A stretch of DNA of 64,000 nt from an uncultured bacterium. GTDB taxonomy: Bacteria; Desulfobacterota_D; UBA1144; Nemesobacterales; UBA2774. The stretch is taken from contig CAVPJU010000010.1 in assembly GCA_963705505.1 (NCBI GenBank), forward strand, positions 64,001 to 128,000. Reading direction: 5' to 3'. Position 1 is the stretch's first letter; each line of letters begins with the position of its first letter. The notes under the pieces are model-generated. The model did no database searches and was not told the DNA's origin. It saw only the letters and a program-made list of their open reading frames with translations. Shown in pieces: positions 1 to 9,345 of this stretch. Position numbers and translations under genes: made by a program.

Positions 1-1
1 A

Positions 2-298
2 AGGGCAGGCTCGCCTAATTTCGGGAAGTGGACGGGTGTTTACCTCTCGCCTCTCAATAACCGTCAGCTATATATACCCGAGGGTTTCGCACACGGGTTC
101 TGCGTCCTCAGCGATTCCGCGGACGTAATATATAAATGCACGCAGTTTTATGCCGTCGATGAGGACTACGGCATACTCTGGTCGGACCCAACTCTCGATA
201 TAAATTGGCCTGTGAAAGAGCCGATTCTATCGGAGAAGGACAAAAACAACCCCCCTCTCCACGAAATACCGCTCACGCTTCTTCCTTCTTACAAATAG
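2..298 (+). CDS. rmlC: dTDP-4-dehydrorhamnose 3,5-epimerase, 3' part (5' end outside window)
   Basis: Manual translation in frame 2: ...GSPNFGKWTGVYLS...QLYIPEGFAHGFCVLSDSADVIYKCTQFY...GILWSDPTLDINWP...ILSEKD, stop TAG at 296-298; typical RmlC/RfbC motifs. Confidence 0.93.
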   Translation, partial: RAGSPNFGKWTGVYLSPLNNRQLYIPEGFAHGFCVLSDSADVIYKCTQFYAVDEDYGILWSDPTLDINWPVKEPILSEKDKNNPPLHEIPLTLLPSYK

Positions 299-389
299 AG
301 TTGTTCGAAATAGATTCAGCCCGGCTGCAACGGGACGGTCCCTGAGACGTTTTTCGGTTCCGCGGGCCGCGTTTCTTATTCGGGCTGCC

Positions 390-944
390 TTATGACTGGT
401 AGGCTGCGAAGACGACGGCGGCGATCACCGTAGTCCATAGACCGCTCTTGTCCCCGACCGCTGTCTGGGTGTTATTCATCGTCTTTACGGTGTGCCCGCT
501 TATCTTCCATATATCCTTTTGCTCGTCATAGCTCTTATCCGGGTCGAAAGGCGCGCCCAGCGTCGTGGCAAGCATGTACGCAGCGAGGTCCTCCGCGTAC
601 TCCCCCGCTATCGTATCGTTCTGTCCGAAGCTGTGGTGCTCGGATATATAGCCGTGGTGCTCAGGGTCTTTCGGTATCGCGATGCCTGTGGTGGCCGCCA
701 CGAGCCTGTTGGGCTCATTCGTGGCGTTTTCGCTCATCACTACGTGCACTATCTGTCCCGGGCTCAGATATTTTAGCCCGTTCGTGCGCGATATGAGTTT
801 GCAGTTGGGAGGGAAAATACTCGACACCTTTACCAGGTTATATGCGGCAATCCCCGCGTCCCTGAGGGCCATTTCGAAGCTCGTGAGTTTCTCTTTGTGT
901 TTCCCGACGCCTTTTGTGATGAAAGCCTTTTTTGGTAAAAGCAA
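390..944 (-). CDS. pdaD: Pyruvoyl-dependent arginine decarboxylase
   Basis: SFEMALRDAGIAAYNLVKVSSIFPP with the Ser-Ser autocleavage site; GYISEHH; AEDLAAYMLATTLG. Confidence 0.9.
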   Translation of the reverse strand: MLLPKKAFITKGVGKHKEKLTSFEMALRDAGIAAYNLVKVSSIFPPNCKLISRTNGLKYLSPGQIVHVVMSENATNEPNRLVAATTGIAIPKDPEHHGYISEHHSFGQNDTIAGEYAEDLAAYMLATTLGAPFDPDKSYDEQKDIWKISGHTVKTMNNTQTAVGDKSGLWTTVIAAVVFAAYQS

Positions 945-1130
945 TTTTGTTACCTCCTTGAATTAAAAGCAGAATTTTCTACTATAAGGCGGCAATTGTC
1001 AAACCCAGGGGCGTTTAAATAATGAGACAGGGCGCGCTGTGCCGGTTTTGCATTTTTTGTAATCCCGTTCTGACGTCATTTGTGACTGTTTTTCCTGCTT
1101 AATTTTCAACATTTAATATTTATTTGTTCC

Positions 1131-1143
1131 TAACCCCTTGAAA
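1131..1143 (-). promoter_or_regulatory. Putative IHF site between upstream motif and sigma54 promoter
   Basis: TAACCCCTTGAAA; reverse complement TTTCAAGGGGTTA is one mismatch from WATCAANNNNTTR, inside an AT-rich tract about 30 bp upstream of the -24 box. Confidence 0.5.
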
Positions 1144-1171
1144 ACATTCGATTGGTGACTAGGTTGTATAT

Positions 1172-1187
1172 TGGCACGCAAATTGCA
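1172..1187 (+). promoter_or_regulatory. Sigma54 (-24/-12) promoter
   Basis: TGGCACGCAAATTGCA is a perfect TGGCAC-N5-TTGC match, 47 bp before an ATG with an AGGAGG RBS. Confidence 0.85.
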
Positions 1188-1234
1188 TGTAAATAATACA
1201 TGACGTTGTAAAAATTTCAACAGGAGGTAGGTAA

Positions 1235-1453
1235 ATGGACATCAAAATAGTACCATATAGGTTCGAGCCGTCATGCGATTGTTCGCCCGAAGCCGTAGGT
1301 TTTGACAAGAGCCTCCACATAGGCAGCGTTCACGCTCCCATTACTTATTGGGGGGTTTTCCTGAACGAGAACAGGGTTTCTACGACCTCTTCGAGAGAAC
1401 TCGCCGAAAAGACCAAGGAGTGGATGGAGAACTGGCTGGCAAGCCCGCAATAA
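1235..1453 (+). CDS. Small hypothetical protein (72 aa), monocistronic
   Basis: RBS AGGAGGT, sigma54 promoter upstream and terminator downstream; no family recognised. Confidence 0.75.
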   Translation: MDIKIVPYRFEPSCDCSPEAVGFDKSLHIGSVHAPITYWGVFLNENRVSTTSSRELAEKTKEWMENWLASPQ

Positions 1454-1481
1454 CGAAAAAAATATCCGATACCCCCTATCT

Positions 1482-1525
1482 GCCGCATTGATGCATATGC
1501 TTTATGCATCAATGCGGCTTTGTTT
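1482..1525 (+). terminator. Rho-independent terminator
   Basis: Perfect 16-bp stem GCCGCATTGATGCATA / TATGCATCAATGCGGC, 5-nt loop, followed by TTTGTTT. Confidence 0.8.
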
Positions 1526-1673
1526 CGCAAATCCCTCATACACCCCATATGGATTATCCCGGCGCGGAGAGCCGCCGGACCTCTATGATTGCCCGGTCTT
1601 TGACTGCGGGCTCCGTTTGGAAGTATATTAGTCGCAGAAGGCTTATATATATCTGACGAGGAGACGGGTTGAT

Positions 1674-2705
1674 ATGAAGGCTGTCGTTACGGGCGGAACC
1701 GGGTTCATAGGCGGACGGCTCGTCGAAGAGCTCGTTGAAAAGGGATACAAAGTCAGATGTCTCGTCAGGGACACGAGCGACGTAAAGATGCTTAAGGAGC
1801 TGGGCGCCGAGCTTTACCACGGCGACCTCGGCGATAGCCGAAGCCTCGAGAGACTGCCCGAGGGCGGCGACGTGGTATTCCACCTGGCTGCTCTGGTTTC
1901 CGACTGGGGGGAGAGGTCGGAGTTCCGGAGATTCAATGTAGATGCAACCAACACCCTTCTCGAAGCTTCGCTGAAGTCGGGCGTGAAGAGGTTCGTCCAT
2001 ATGAGCTCCTCCACGGTCGTCTGGAAGTCCGACTTCTGGAACGTCCACAACCTGATCGACATAGACGAGACTTTCCCGTACAGGGACAGATACAACGATT
2101 ATTACAACGAGTCGAAGGCGGATGCTGAAAGGCTCGTATTAAGATTTTACAGGGACCGTGGTCTCGGGACCGTGGTCATCAGGCCCTCAAACGTCTGGGG
2201 CGCCGGAGATACGGTGATTCTTCCGCGGGTGGCGATGGCAGCCCGGAAAGGAATTCTTTTCCCCATGGGCAGCGGCGTGAGGACCGTCACTCCCTGCCAT
2301 GTCTCGAACCTCGCCAGGGCTCTCGTCCTCGCGGCGGAGAGCGGGAGAGCGCCGGGCAATATCTACTTCGTAAACGACGGGGTAAAAATAAGCTACATGG
2401 AGTTTCTTAAGAAACAGTTAAAAGCGGCGGGGATCGACTGGACTCCGGGTTTCTCTATACCGTATAAATTCGCGTATGCTCTGGCGTCGATCATGGAGTC
2501 CGCATACCGCGCGAGGAAATCGAAGAAGCCCCCCGTGCTCACCAGGTTTGCCGTGGCTGCGCTCGCCGGCAGCAGGAGCTACTCCATAGAAAAGGCGAGG
2601 CGGGACCTCGGTTACGAGCCTTCCGTCGATATGGACCTGGGGATGAGAGAGATGGAGAACTGGGTCAAGCTCCTGGGCGGAACCGACGCGCTTTTGAAAT
2701 CATGA
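1674..2705 (+). CDS. NAD-dependent epimerase/dehydratase (extended SDR, 3-beta-HSD-like)
   Basis: TGGTGFIG Rossmann motif, HLAA, catalytic YNESK (YxxxK), IRPSNVWG. Confidence 0.9.
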   Translation: MKAVVTGGTGFIGGRLVEELVEKGYKVRCLVRDTSDVKMLKELGAELYHGDLGDSRSLERLPEGGDVVFHLAALVSDWGERSEFRRFNVDATNTLLEASLKSGVKRFVHMSSSTVVWKSDFWNVHNLIDIDETFPYRDRYNDYYNESKADAERLVLRFYRDRGLGTVVIRPSNVWGAGDTVILPRVAMAARKGILFPMGSGVRTVTPCHVSNLARALVLAAESGRAPGNIYFVNDGVKISYMEFLKKQLKAAGIDWTPGFSIPYKFAYALASIMESAYRARKSKKPPVLTRFAVAALAGSRSYSIEKARRDLGYEPSVDMDLGMREMENWVKLLGGTDALLKS

Positions 2706-2795
2706 CCGGTATAAATATTTTCCTGACATCATGAATGCACGACCGTTTGATTGAAAGAAGGCTTCATTTAATGTAGTTTTCTTCACGCCCCCGAT

Positions 2796-3527
2796 ATGCA
2801 GGACTCACACACGGATTCAGGATTCGATATCCAAGCCCAGGGACTGACGAAGTCGTTCGGTAATTTTGAAGCCCTCTGCGGGATAGACCTCGATATCAGA
2901 AAGGGGGAGTTCTTCACCCTGTTCGGCCCGAACGGAGCGGGCAAGACCACTTTTATCCGGATACTCTCCACCCTTGCAAAACCCTCCTCGGGAAAGCTGA
3001 CGATATCGGGGTTCGATGCGAGGAAGGAGCCCGACAAGGTGAGACGGGTTACCGGGGTGATATCGCACGACCCGTTTTTATACGAGAACCTGAGCGCGTT
3101 CGAGAATATAAAATTCTTCGGGACCCTTTACGGGGTCGAGAACATAGATGACAGGGGCGAGGAAGTCATAAAACAGGTCGGACTCGGTCAGCGCATGCAC
3201 GATCTCGTGAGGAATTTCAGCCGGGGCATGAAGCAGCGCCTGGCGGTAGCGCGGGCGATAGTACACGAGCCCGGGATACTCCTCCTGGATGAGCCTTATA
3301 CGGGGCTCGACCAGCACGGGGCAAAAGTATTCGGGGAGATGCTCACACTCCTTAAATCCCGGAACCGGACGATACTAATGACAACTCACAATATGGATGA
3401 AGGCCTTGACCGGAGCGACCGTATAGGCATTCTCGCCGGGGGGCGTATAGTCTATGAATGCGGAAGGGAAGGGGTGGATAAGGACACCTTCAAGGAAATA
3501 TACATTTCGAGTGTGGAAAATTCATAA
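2796..3527 (+). CDS. ccmA: Heme ABC exporter ATP-binding subunit CcmA
   Basis: GPNGAGKT, FSRGMKQR signature, LLLDEPYTGLD; lies upstream of ccmB and ccmC. Confidence 0.85.
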   Translation: MQDSHTDSGFDIQAQGLTKSFGNFEALCGIDLDIRKGEFFTLFGPNGAGKTTFIRILSTLAKPSSGKLTISGFDARKEPDKVRRVTGVISHDPFLYENLSAFENIKFFGTLYGVENIDDRGEEVIKQVGLGQRMHDLVRNFSRGMKQRLAVARAIVHEPGILLLDEPYTGLDQHGAKVFGEMLTLLKSRNRTILMTTHNMDEGLDRSDRIGILAGGRIVYECGREGVDKDTFKEIYISSVENS

Positions 3528-3805
3528 AACGTAAAATTACTTGAAGTATTTGGATGGCAGGCATGCCAGTTATTACAGGATGATACAGCAAATATATAAT
3601 GCAATAACTGATGTTGGTAAATTAATATTTCGGATCACGGTTTAGAGTTAAAATACTTTTATTTACGAGCATTATGCAGAATATTAAATATGTATAGTAA
3701 TAACTACATATCATTGGATATTATGGCTCCACACTGCATCGATTGCCCGTATCCCGGAGTCAAAGTCTCAATCCACGAGAGCCGGAAGACGGAGGCTGAC
3801 CCGGA

Positions 3806-4477
3806 TTGAAAAAGGTTTGGGCGATAATCAGGAAGGATTTTGTGACGGAGATGAGGACAAAAGAGCTCTTCTCCTCCATGCTGACATTTTCACTCCTGGT
3901 TACGGTGATATTCAGCTTCGCTTTCGGGTTCTCGACGGAGCTTGTCAGGCTTTCGGCACCGGCGATGCTATGGATCACGTTCACGTTCGCCGGGGTCCTC
4001 GGCCTCTCCCGCTCGTTCGCGCTGGAGAAGGAAGGTAACGCCGTCCTCGGCCTCCTCCTCACGCCGACGGACAGGAGTCTCATTTACTTCGGTAAAATGA
4101 TAAGCGGCACGGTCTTCGTTTTCATAGTCGGCATTATAATCGTCCCGATGTTCATTCTCTTCTTCAATCTCAGCTTCCTGGCCACTCTCGTGCCTCTCGT
4201 GCCCGTCATATTCCTGGGCGCGCTCGGATTCGTCTCCGTGGGCACGTTGTTTTCAGCTATGGCCGTCAATACGCGGCTCCGCGAGGTGCTCCTCCCGATA
4301 CTCCTCTTTCCGATAATCATCCCGCTCATTGTGAGCGCGGTGAAGCTGACGGGACTCGTGCTTGAGGGGAAGCCGCTCTCGGAGGGATCTTCCGCTTTAC
4401 AACTCCTCATAGCATTCGATATAATCTTTATTGCCGCGTGCGCCGTGGTCTTCGAATTCGTGATAGAGGAATCGTAG
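3806..4477 (+). CDS. ccmB: Heme exporter membrane protein CcmB
   Basis: KDFVTEMRTKE, F.LEKEGNA..GLLL.P, REVLLPILLFPIIIP; about 6 TM; TTG start after GGAGG. Confidence 0.9.
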   Translation: MKKVWAIIRKDFVTEMRTKELFSSMLTFSLLVTVIFSFAFGFSTELVRLSAPAMLWITFTFAGVLGLSRSFALEKEGNAVLGLLLTPTDRSLIYFGKMISGTVFVFIVGIIIVPMFILFFNLSFLATLVPLVPVIFLGALGFVSVGTLFSAMAVNTRLREVLLPILLFPIIIPLIVSAVKLTGLVLEGKPLSEGSSALQLLIAFDIIFIAACAVVFEFVIEES

Positions 4478-4490
4478 GGGGCAATTCAAC

Positions 4491-5162
4491 ATGAGCCGGA
4501 TAATGAGAAAAGTGCTGGTAGTCCTCACGTTCATAGGCATGGCTGCTTCCCTCTATGCCGCCTTCGTTTACGCACCCACCGAGCCCAAGATGGGGCACAT
4601 ACAGAGGATATTCTATATCCACATGGGGACTGTGTGGGTTGCGACTGTGGCGTTCATAATCGTATTCGTATCGAGCATTATGTATCTCTGGAAGGAGAGC
4701 AGGAAGTGGGACATCCTCGCTTACTGCTCAGCGGAGATAGGCGTCGTTTTCCTTACCATCACGATACTCACCGGGAGCATCTGGGCAAAGCCCATATGGG
4801 GCACATGGTGGACCTGGGACCCCCAGCTCACGACGACATTTATATTGTGGATACTCTATATCGTTTACCTCGTGCTCAGGTCGTCTGCCGGCAGCGACAC
4901 GAAAAAGGCCAAGTTCGCTGCGGTCTTCGGAATAATCGCGTTTATCGACCTGCCGCTCGTATACATATCCGTGAGGGTCATGAGGGGTATCTCCCCCGTG
5001 GTGTTCGGCCCCGGAGGCGGGGGCATTACGCCCGAGATGCTGTATGCCCTCCTGATTAACCTTGCGACGTGTTCCCTTTTATTCATTTTGCTCCTCCTCG
5101 AGCGGATGGACATTGAGCGGATGGGCGACCGACTCGCGGGCTTAAAGGCCGGTAGAACCTGA
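4491..5162 (+). CDS. ccmC: Heme exporter/chaperone CcmC
   Basis: QRIFYIH and the Trp-rich WWD motif GSIWAKPIWGTWWTWDPQLT. Confidence 0.92.
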   Translation: MSRIMRKVLVVLTFIGMAASLYAAFVYAPTEPKMGHIQRIFYIHMGTVWVATVAFIIVFVSSIMYLWKESRKWDILAYCSAEIGVVFLTITILTGSIWAKPIWGTWWTWDPQLTTTFILWILYIVYLVLRSSAGSDTKKAKFAAVFGIIAFIDLPLVYISVRVMRGISPVVFGPGGGGITPEMLYALLINLATCSLLFILLLLERMDIERMGDRLAGLKAGRT

Positions 5163-5300
5163 TCCGGGGCGTGTGCGGTCTCATCGCCGGTCCGCCGCAG
5201 CGGGCGGCAATACTTAAGACGTAACATTACTAATACTGTATAATTAGCTTTCAATTAATAAGTATTAAATACGGCTCGGCTCTCTTTCAGGCAAAAGGCA

Positions 5301-5966
5301 ATGGAAAGTCAAGGCGAAATGTATGACTACTACGTAATAGCGGCGGTAGTCATCGGACTCATCGAGTGCTTTTTCGGCTACAGGATTCTCAGGTTCCTCC
5401 TGGGCGTGCTGGGCTTCATCGCAGGCGCCGTGGTGGCCGGGAGCCTCGGGTACGAGCTCTCAAACGGAAGCGAGCTGATTTCCATTATCTCCGGTATAGC
5501 GGGCGGTGTCATAGGCGCTTTCATCATGTACACGCTCTACGTAGTGGGGGTGTTTGCCATAGGGGCGGCGCTCGGCTTCATGATAGCGTCCTACGTTTTC
5601 GGCATTATGAATACGGGCCCTGTCACTCTGATGCTCGTAGCCGCAGCCGCGGCAGGCGGTATTCTCGCGGCTGTTTTCCGGAAGCCCATGCTTATACTCG
5701 CGACCGCTTACGGCGGCTCGTATGCGGCGGTTACGGGGGTTTCGTACCTGCTCGCAAAGAATTTCAATCCTCTCGATCCGGAGTTCCTGAATTCCCTCGG
5801 TGAGGACCAGCTCTACAGGATGGCGATTATATGGTTCGGCCTCGGGGTATTCGGCTTCGTCGTCCAGCTTATGACTCTTCCCGCCGCTGGAGAAGCCGGG
5901 GATTCCGCCGCGGACGACGTCGGGGAAGCGGGTGCCGGAGAGGAGGACGGGGGAAAGGAGTCCTGA
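5301..5966 (+). CDS. TM7S3/TMEM198-like (DUF4203) membrane protein
   Basis: CFFGYR..R...G..GF..G N-terminus, Gly-rich helices, TAYGGS, G..G..VQ; start may be ATG 5319. Confidence 0.75.
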   Translation: MESQGEMYDYYVIAAVVIGLIECFFGYRILRFLLGVLGFIAGAVVAGSLGYELSNGSELISIISGIAGGVIGAFIMYTLYVVGVFAIGAALGFMIASYVFGIMNTGPVTLMLVAAAAAGGILAAVFRKPMLILATAYGGSYAAVTGVSYLLAKNFNPLDPEFLNSLGEDQLYRMAIIWFGLGVFGFVVQLMTLPAAGEAGDSAADDVGEAGAGEEDGGKES

Positions 5967-6153
5967 GGGCGGGCAAAAATCTGCTTTTATAACTAAAATT
6001 AGTCATTGACCGCGGTTAAAATATCCGTGAAACTGAGTATTGCCGATTATTTCCGGCTGCGGGCGTGGTTTTAATAGGGGTAGCGTATGGTTTTTTAATT
6101 TCCCGTGGGTGCAGGTATTCTTTTTAGAGCCGGTGAGGGAGATTGATTCTATC

Positions 6154-6810
6154 TTGAAAGCTGTATTGCTTCTCATAGCGCTTGCGGGTTTATGTTTTGC
6201 GGCATCGTGCTACGACTCTGAAGAAAAGGAGTCGAGCGTGATGAGGTTCCCGGTCTCGGACCAGGGTGAATTTAATGCGCTCGGAAACGCCGTGATCGAT
6301 AAGAACGTGACGAGCGACGGGAACGGCTCTCTCTCCGTAGATACTCAGTCGCCGGTGAGCATAGAGCTTTTCACGGTGGACGGCTCCGGCCTCGACCATA
6401 CACGCGCCGCTTATAAGGCCATGATCAAGACTGAAGGGCTGACTGCCGCAGGGGATACGAAGGGTATAGCGTATCTCGAAATGAAGGTGCGTTACCCCGG
6501 AGGGGAGGAGCTCGTTTCCCGCGGCCCGCGCATCCCGCCTACGGGGACGACCGATTGGATGCCGGCTGAAGCCGTGCTCTATGCGGATAAAGGCGTAAAA
6601 CCTGACAGGGTCTCGCTCTCTCTTGTGGTCGACGGGAAAGGGAAGGTCTGGATAGACGACGTAATGCTGGTCACGCAGCCCCTAAGGCTCGAGTACCTCT
6701 TTTGGGGGAACACTGTTGTCTGGATAGTACTAATTATATATATTTATCAACTACTCGCGAAACAAAAAAGGCTCCGAAGGGAGCTCGGCTCGATGAGTCA
6801 GGGAACTTAA
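6154..6810 (+). CDS. Putative lipoprotein: beta-sandwich (CBM-like) domain fused to a C-terminal CcmD-like module
   Basis: In-frame TTG at 6154 after GAGGGAG gives signal MKAVLLLIALAGLCFAASC. The middle has AYLEM..R.PG..E..SRG....TGTTDW...GKGKVWIDDV. The C-terminus YLFWGNTVVWIVLIIYIYQLLAKQKRLRREL resembles deltaproteobacterial CcmD. Directly upstream of ccmE. Confidence 0.7.
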   Translation: MKAVLLLIALAGLCFAASCYDSEEKESSVMRFPVSDQGEFNALGNAVIDKNVTSDGNGSLSVDTQSPVSIELFTVDGSGLDHTRAAYKAMIKTEGLTAAGDTKGIAYLEMKVRYPGGEELVSRGPRIPPTGTTDWMPAEAVLYADKGVKPDRVSLSLVVDGKGKVWIDDVMLVTQPLRLEYLFWGNTVVWIVLIIYIYQLLAKQKRLRRELGSMSQGT

Positions 6811-6855
6811 GATAGAATTTTTTGTAACCCCGGTCGTGAAGCCAAGGGTGAGCGA

Positions 6856-7293
6856 ATGCTTAAAGGCAAATTAAAATTCATCGTAGCGATCGTCGTGATA
6901 GCGCTTGCCGTGAGCTATCTGGTTTACGGCGGCGTGAAGGACACCATGGTGTATTACCTCACCGTGAAGGAGCTCAAGAGCAGAGTCCCTTCTATCTACG
7001 GCGAGAAGATCAGGGTGTCGGGGAAGGTCGTGCCGGGGTCCATAAAGCACGGCGCGGACGGGGCGCTCGAGTTCAGCATCGCTGACGGCGGAGGGGATAT
7101 CGCTGTCGCTTACAGCGGGATCGTCCCCGATATCTTCAAGGATAACGTTGAAGCCGTCGTCGAAGGCGAGTACACTCCAAAGAACGTCTTTGAGGCGGAT
7201 GTGCTCCTGGCCAAGTGTCCGACGAAGTACGAATCGACCGAGGCGCTGTATAATAAACCGGCCTCGGAAAACAAAGGGGTAAAATCCTACTGA
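6856..7293 (+). CDS. ccmE: Cytochrome c maturation heme chaperone CcmE, CxxxY (System I*) variant
   Basis: VYYLTV, Y.GIVPDIFK, VVEG, and LLAKCPTKY (Cys replaces His of HxxxY). Confidence 0.93.
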   Translation: MLKGKLKFIVAIVVIALAVSYLVYGGVKDTMVYYLTVKELKSRVPSIYGEKIRVSGKVVPGSIKHGADGALEFSIADGGGDIAVAYSGIVPDIFKDNVEAVVEGEYTPKNVFEADVLLAKCPTKYESTEALYNKPASENKGVKSY

Positions 7294-9299
7294 TGGTAGA
7301 GACAGGAAAGATATCAATATATCTGGCTTTCGCCGTATCCATCTATGTCGTATGCGCGTCGATTTACGGCGCGAGGACGGGGAAAGGCGATTTCATAAAC
7401 AGCGCCCGGAACGGAGCGCTGGCAGTGTGTTTTCTCCTCATCGTTGCCGCGGGCTCTCTCCTTCATTCTCTCGTAAACCTCGATTTCAGTCTCAAGTACG
7501 TGGCGCTTAACACGAGCACCGATCTCCCGGTGATATACAGGTTTACTTCGCTCTGGGCGGGACAGGCGGGCTCACTCCTCCTCTGGTCGCTCATCCTGTC
7601 CATATACACTGCTCTCGTCGTCCTTTCGACCAGAAACAGATCGAGGAAGCTCATGCCCTATGTCCTGGCCGTTCTCGCGGCCATATTAGTCTTCTTCACC
7701 TACATAGTAGGCTTCGTTGAAAACCCTTTCGAAAAGCTCCCCGTAGCTCCGCTTGAGGGCAGGGGGCTTAACCCCATTCTCCAGAACGCGTACATGGCTA
7801 TCCATCCGGTCACGCTTTACCTCGGCTACGTCGGCGTGAGCGTCCCGTTCGCGTTCGGCATGGGCGCGCTGCTGAGCGGTCAGCTCGGCGACGAATGGAT
7901 AAGATACTCCCGCAAATGGACCCTCCTCGCATGGACGTTCCTGAGCGTGGGGCTCCTGCTGGGCGCGCGCTGGGCTTACCTCGAGCTCGGGTGGGGAGGA
8001 TACTGGGCGTGGGACCCGGTGGAGAACGCGGCTTTCATGCCCTGGCTTGCGGGCACGGCTTTCCTCCACTCGGTCATGATCCAGGAAAAGAAGGGCATGC
8101 TCAAGAAATGGAACATGGTTCTGTTGATCATCACTTTCTTTCTCGCTATATTCGGCACATTCATAACGCGAAGCGGCGTCATATCGTCGGTCCACTCATT
8201 CGCGCAGAGCGATATAGGCCCGCTCTTTCTGGGCTTCATAGCATTCTTACTTCTTTTTTCGTTCGCCGTGTTCCTCTACCGGATGCGGGACCTCGAATCC
8301 GAAAACAAATTCGACTCGATACTTTCGAGGGAAAGCGCTTTCATATTCAATAACCTGCTTTTCCTGGGCGCCGCGTTCGCGGTTTTCCTGGGCACGATCT
8401 TCCCGATCATGTCGGAGGCCGTGACAGGGCATAAGATCCTCGTGGGCTCGCCGTATTTCAACAGGGTGAACGTTCCGATTGCGCTCGTGCTTATTTTCCT
8501 CATGGGCGTGGGTCCGCTCATATCATGGAGGAAGGCGTCTAAGGAAAACCTCATGAAAAACTTTTTCGTCCCCGTCCTCATAGGCGTGGTCACTGCCGTC
8601 GTGCTGCTGTCGATCGGGGTGAGGGATGTTTACGCGCTCCTCTCTTACGCGTTCTGCGCGTTCGTCACGGGGACGGTATTCACGGAGTTCTTCCGCGGGG
8701 TGCGGGTCAGGAGCGGGAGGGGCGAGAATCCGGCTCTCGCTTTCGTGCGTCTCGTGTCGAGGAACAAGAGGAGATACGGCGGCTACATTGTGCATATAGG
8801 CGTCGTATTGATAGTCCTGGGCATCACGTCTTCTTCCGTTTTCGTAACGGAGAAGCAGGCGACGCTCACGAAAGGGCAGTCGGTCGAGATAGGCGGATAT
8901 ACTCTCACGTACCGGGGGCTCGAGCAGTATACGACCGACGCAAAGAACGCCACAGTGGCCAAGCTCGACGGCTTTAAGAACGGAAAGGACATAGGTCTGA
9001 TAGCACCCGAAAAGAACGTCTATAAATACGAAGGGAACCGCGAGATAAACCAGGAGACCGAAGTCTCCCTGAGATCGACATTCACCGACGACCTCTATGT
9101 GATACTGATGAATTACAGCGGGGACGGCTCGGCGACCATCAGGGTCATAGTGAACCCTATGGTAAGCTGGATATGGGCGGGCGGACTCGTGCTGCTGATG
9201 GGGGCTATCGTAACCATGTGGCCCGGCGGACGGAAGGGGCGCGAGGAAGCTTTTGTCAGGTACACGTTAGGCGACAGTGACGGGACCGTAAAGGTGTAG
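7293..9299 (+). CDS. ccmF: Cytochrome c heme lyase CcmF
   Basis: WAGQAGSLLLW, GLNPILQ, IHP..LYLGY, WAYLELGWGGYWAWDPVENA, TRSG..SSVHSF. Confidence 0.96.
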   Translation: MVETGKISIYLAFAVSIYVVCASIYGARTGKGDFINSARNGALAVCFLLIVAAGSLLHSLVNLDFSLKYVALNTSTDLPVIYRFTSLWAGQAGSLLLWSLILSIYTALVVLSTRNRSRKLMPYVLAVLAAILVFFTYIVGFVENPFEKLPVAPLEGRGLNPILQNAYMAIHPVTLYLGYVGVSVPFAFGMGALLSGQLGDEWIRYSRKWTLLAWTFLSVGLLLGARWAYLELGWGGYWAWDPVENAAFMPWLAGTAFLHSVMIQEKKGMLKKWNMVLLIITFFLAIFGTFITRSGVISSVHSFAQSDIGPLFLGFIAFLLLFSFAVFLYRMRDLESENKFDSILSRESAFIFNNLLFLGAAFAVFLGTIFPIMSEAVTGHKILVGSPYFNRVNVPIALVLIFLMGVGPLISWRKASKENLMKNFFVPVLIGVVTAVVLLSIGVRDVYALLSYAFCAFVTGTVFTEFFRGVRVRSGRGENPALAFVRLVSRNKRRYGGYIVHIGVVLIVLGITSSSVFVTEKQATLTKGQSVEIGGYTLTYRGLEQYTTDAKNATVAKLDGFKNGKDIGLIAPEKNVYKYEGNREINQETEVSLRSTFTDDLYVILMNYSGDGSATIRVIVNPMVSWIWAGGLVLLMGAIVTMWPGGRKGREEAFVRYTLGDSDGTVKV

Positions 9300-9345
9300 A
9301 AATTCTTAGCAGCTGTATTCAGCACAATTCATAAAAGGGATTAAA

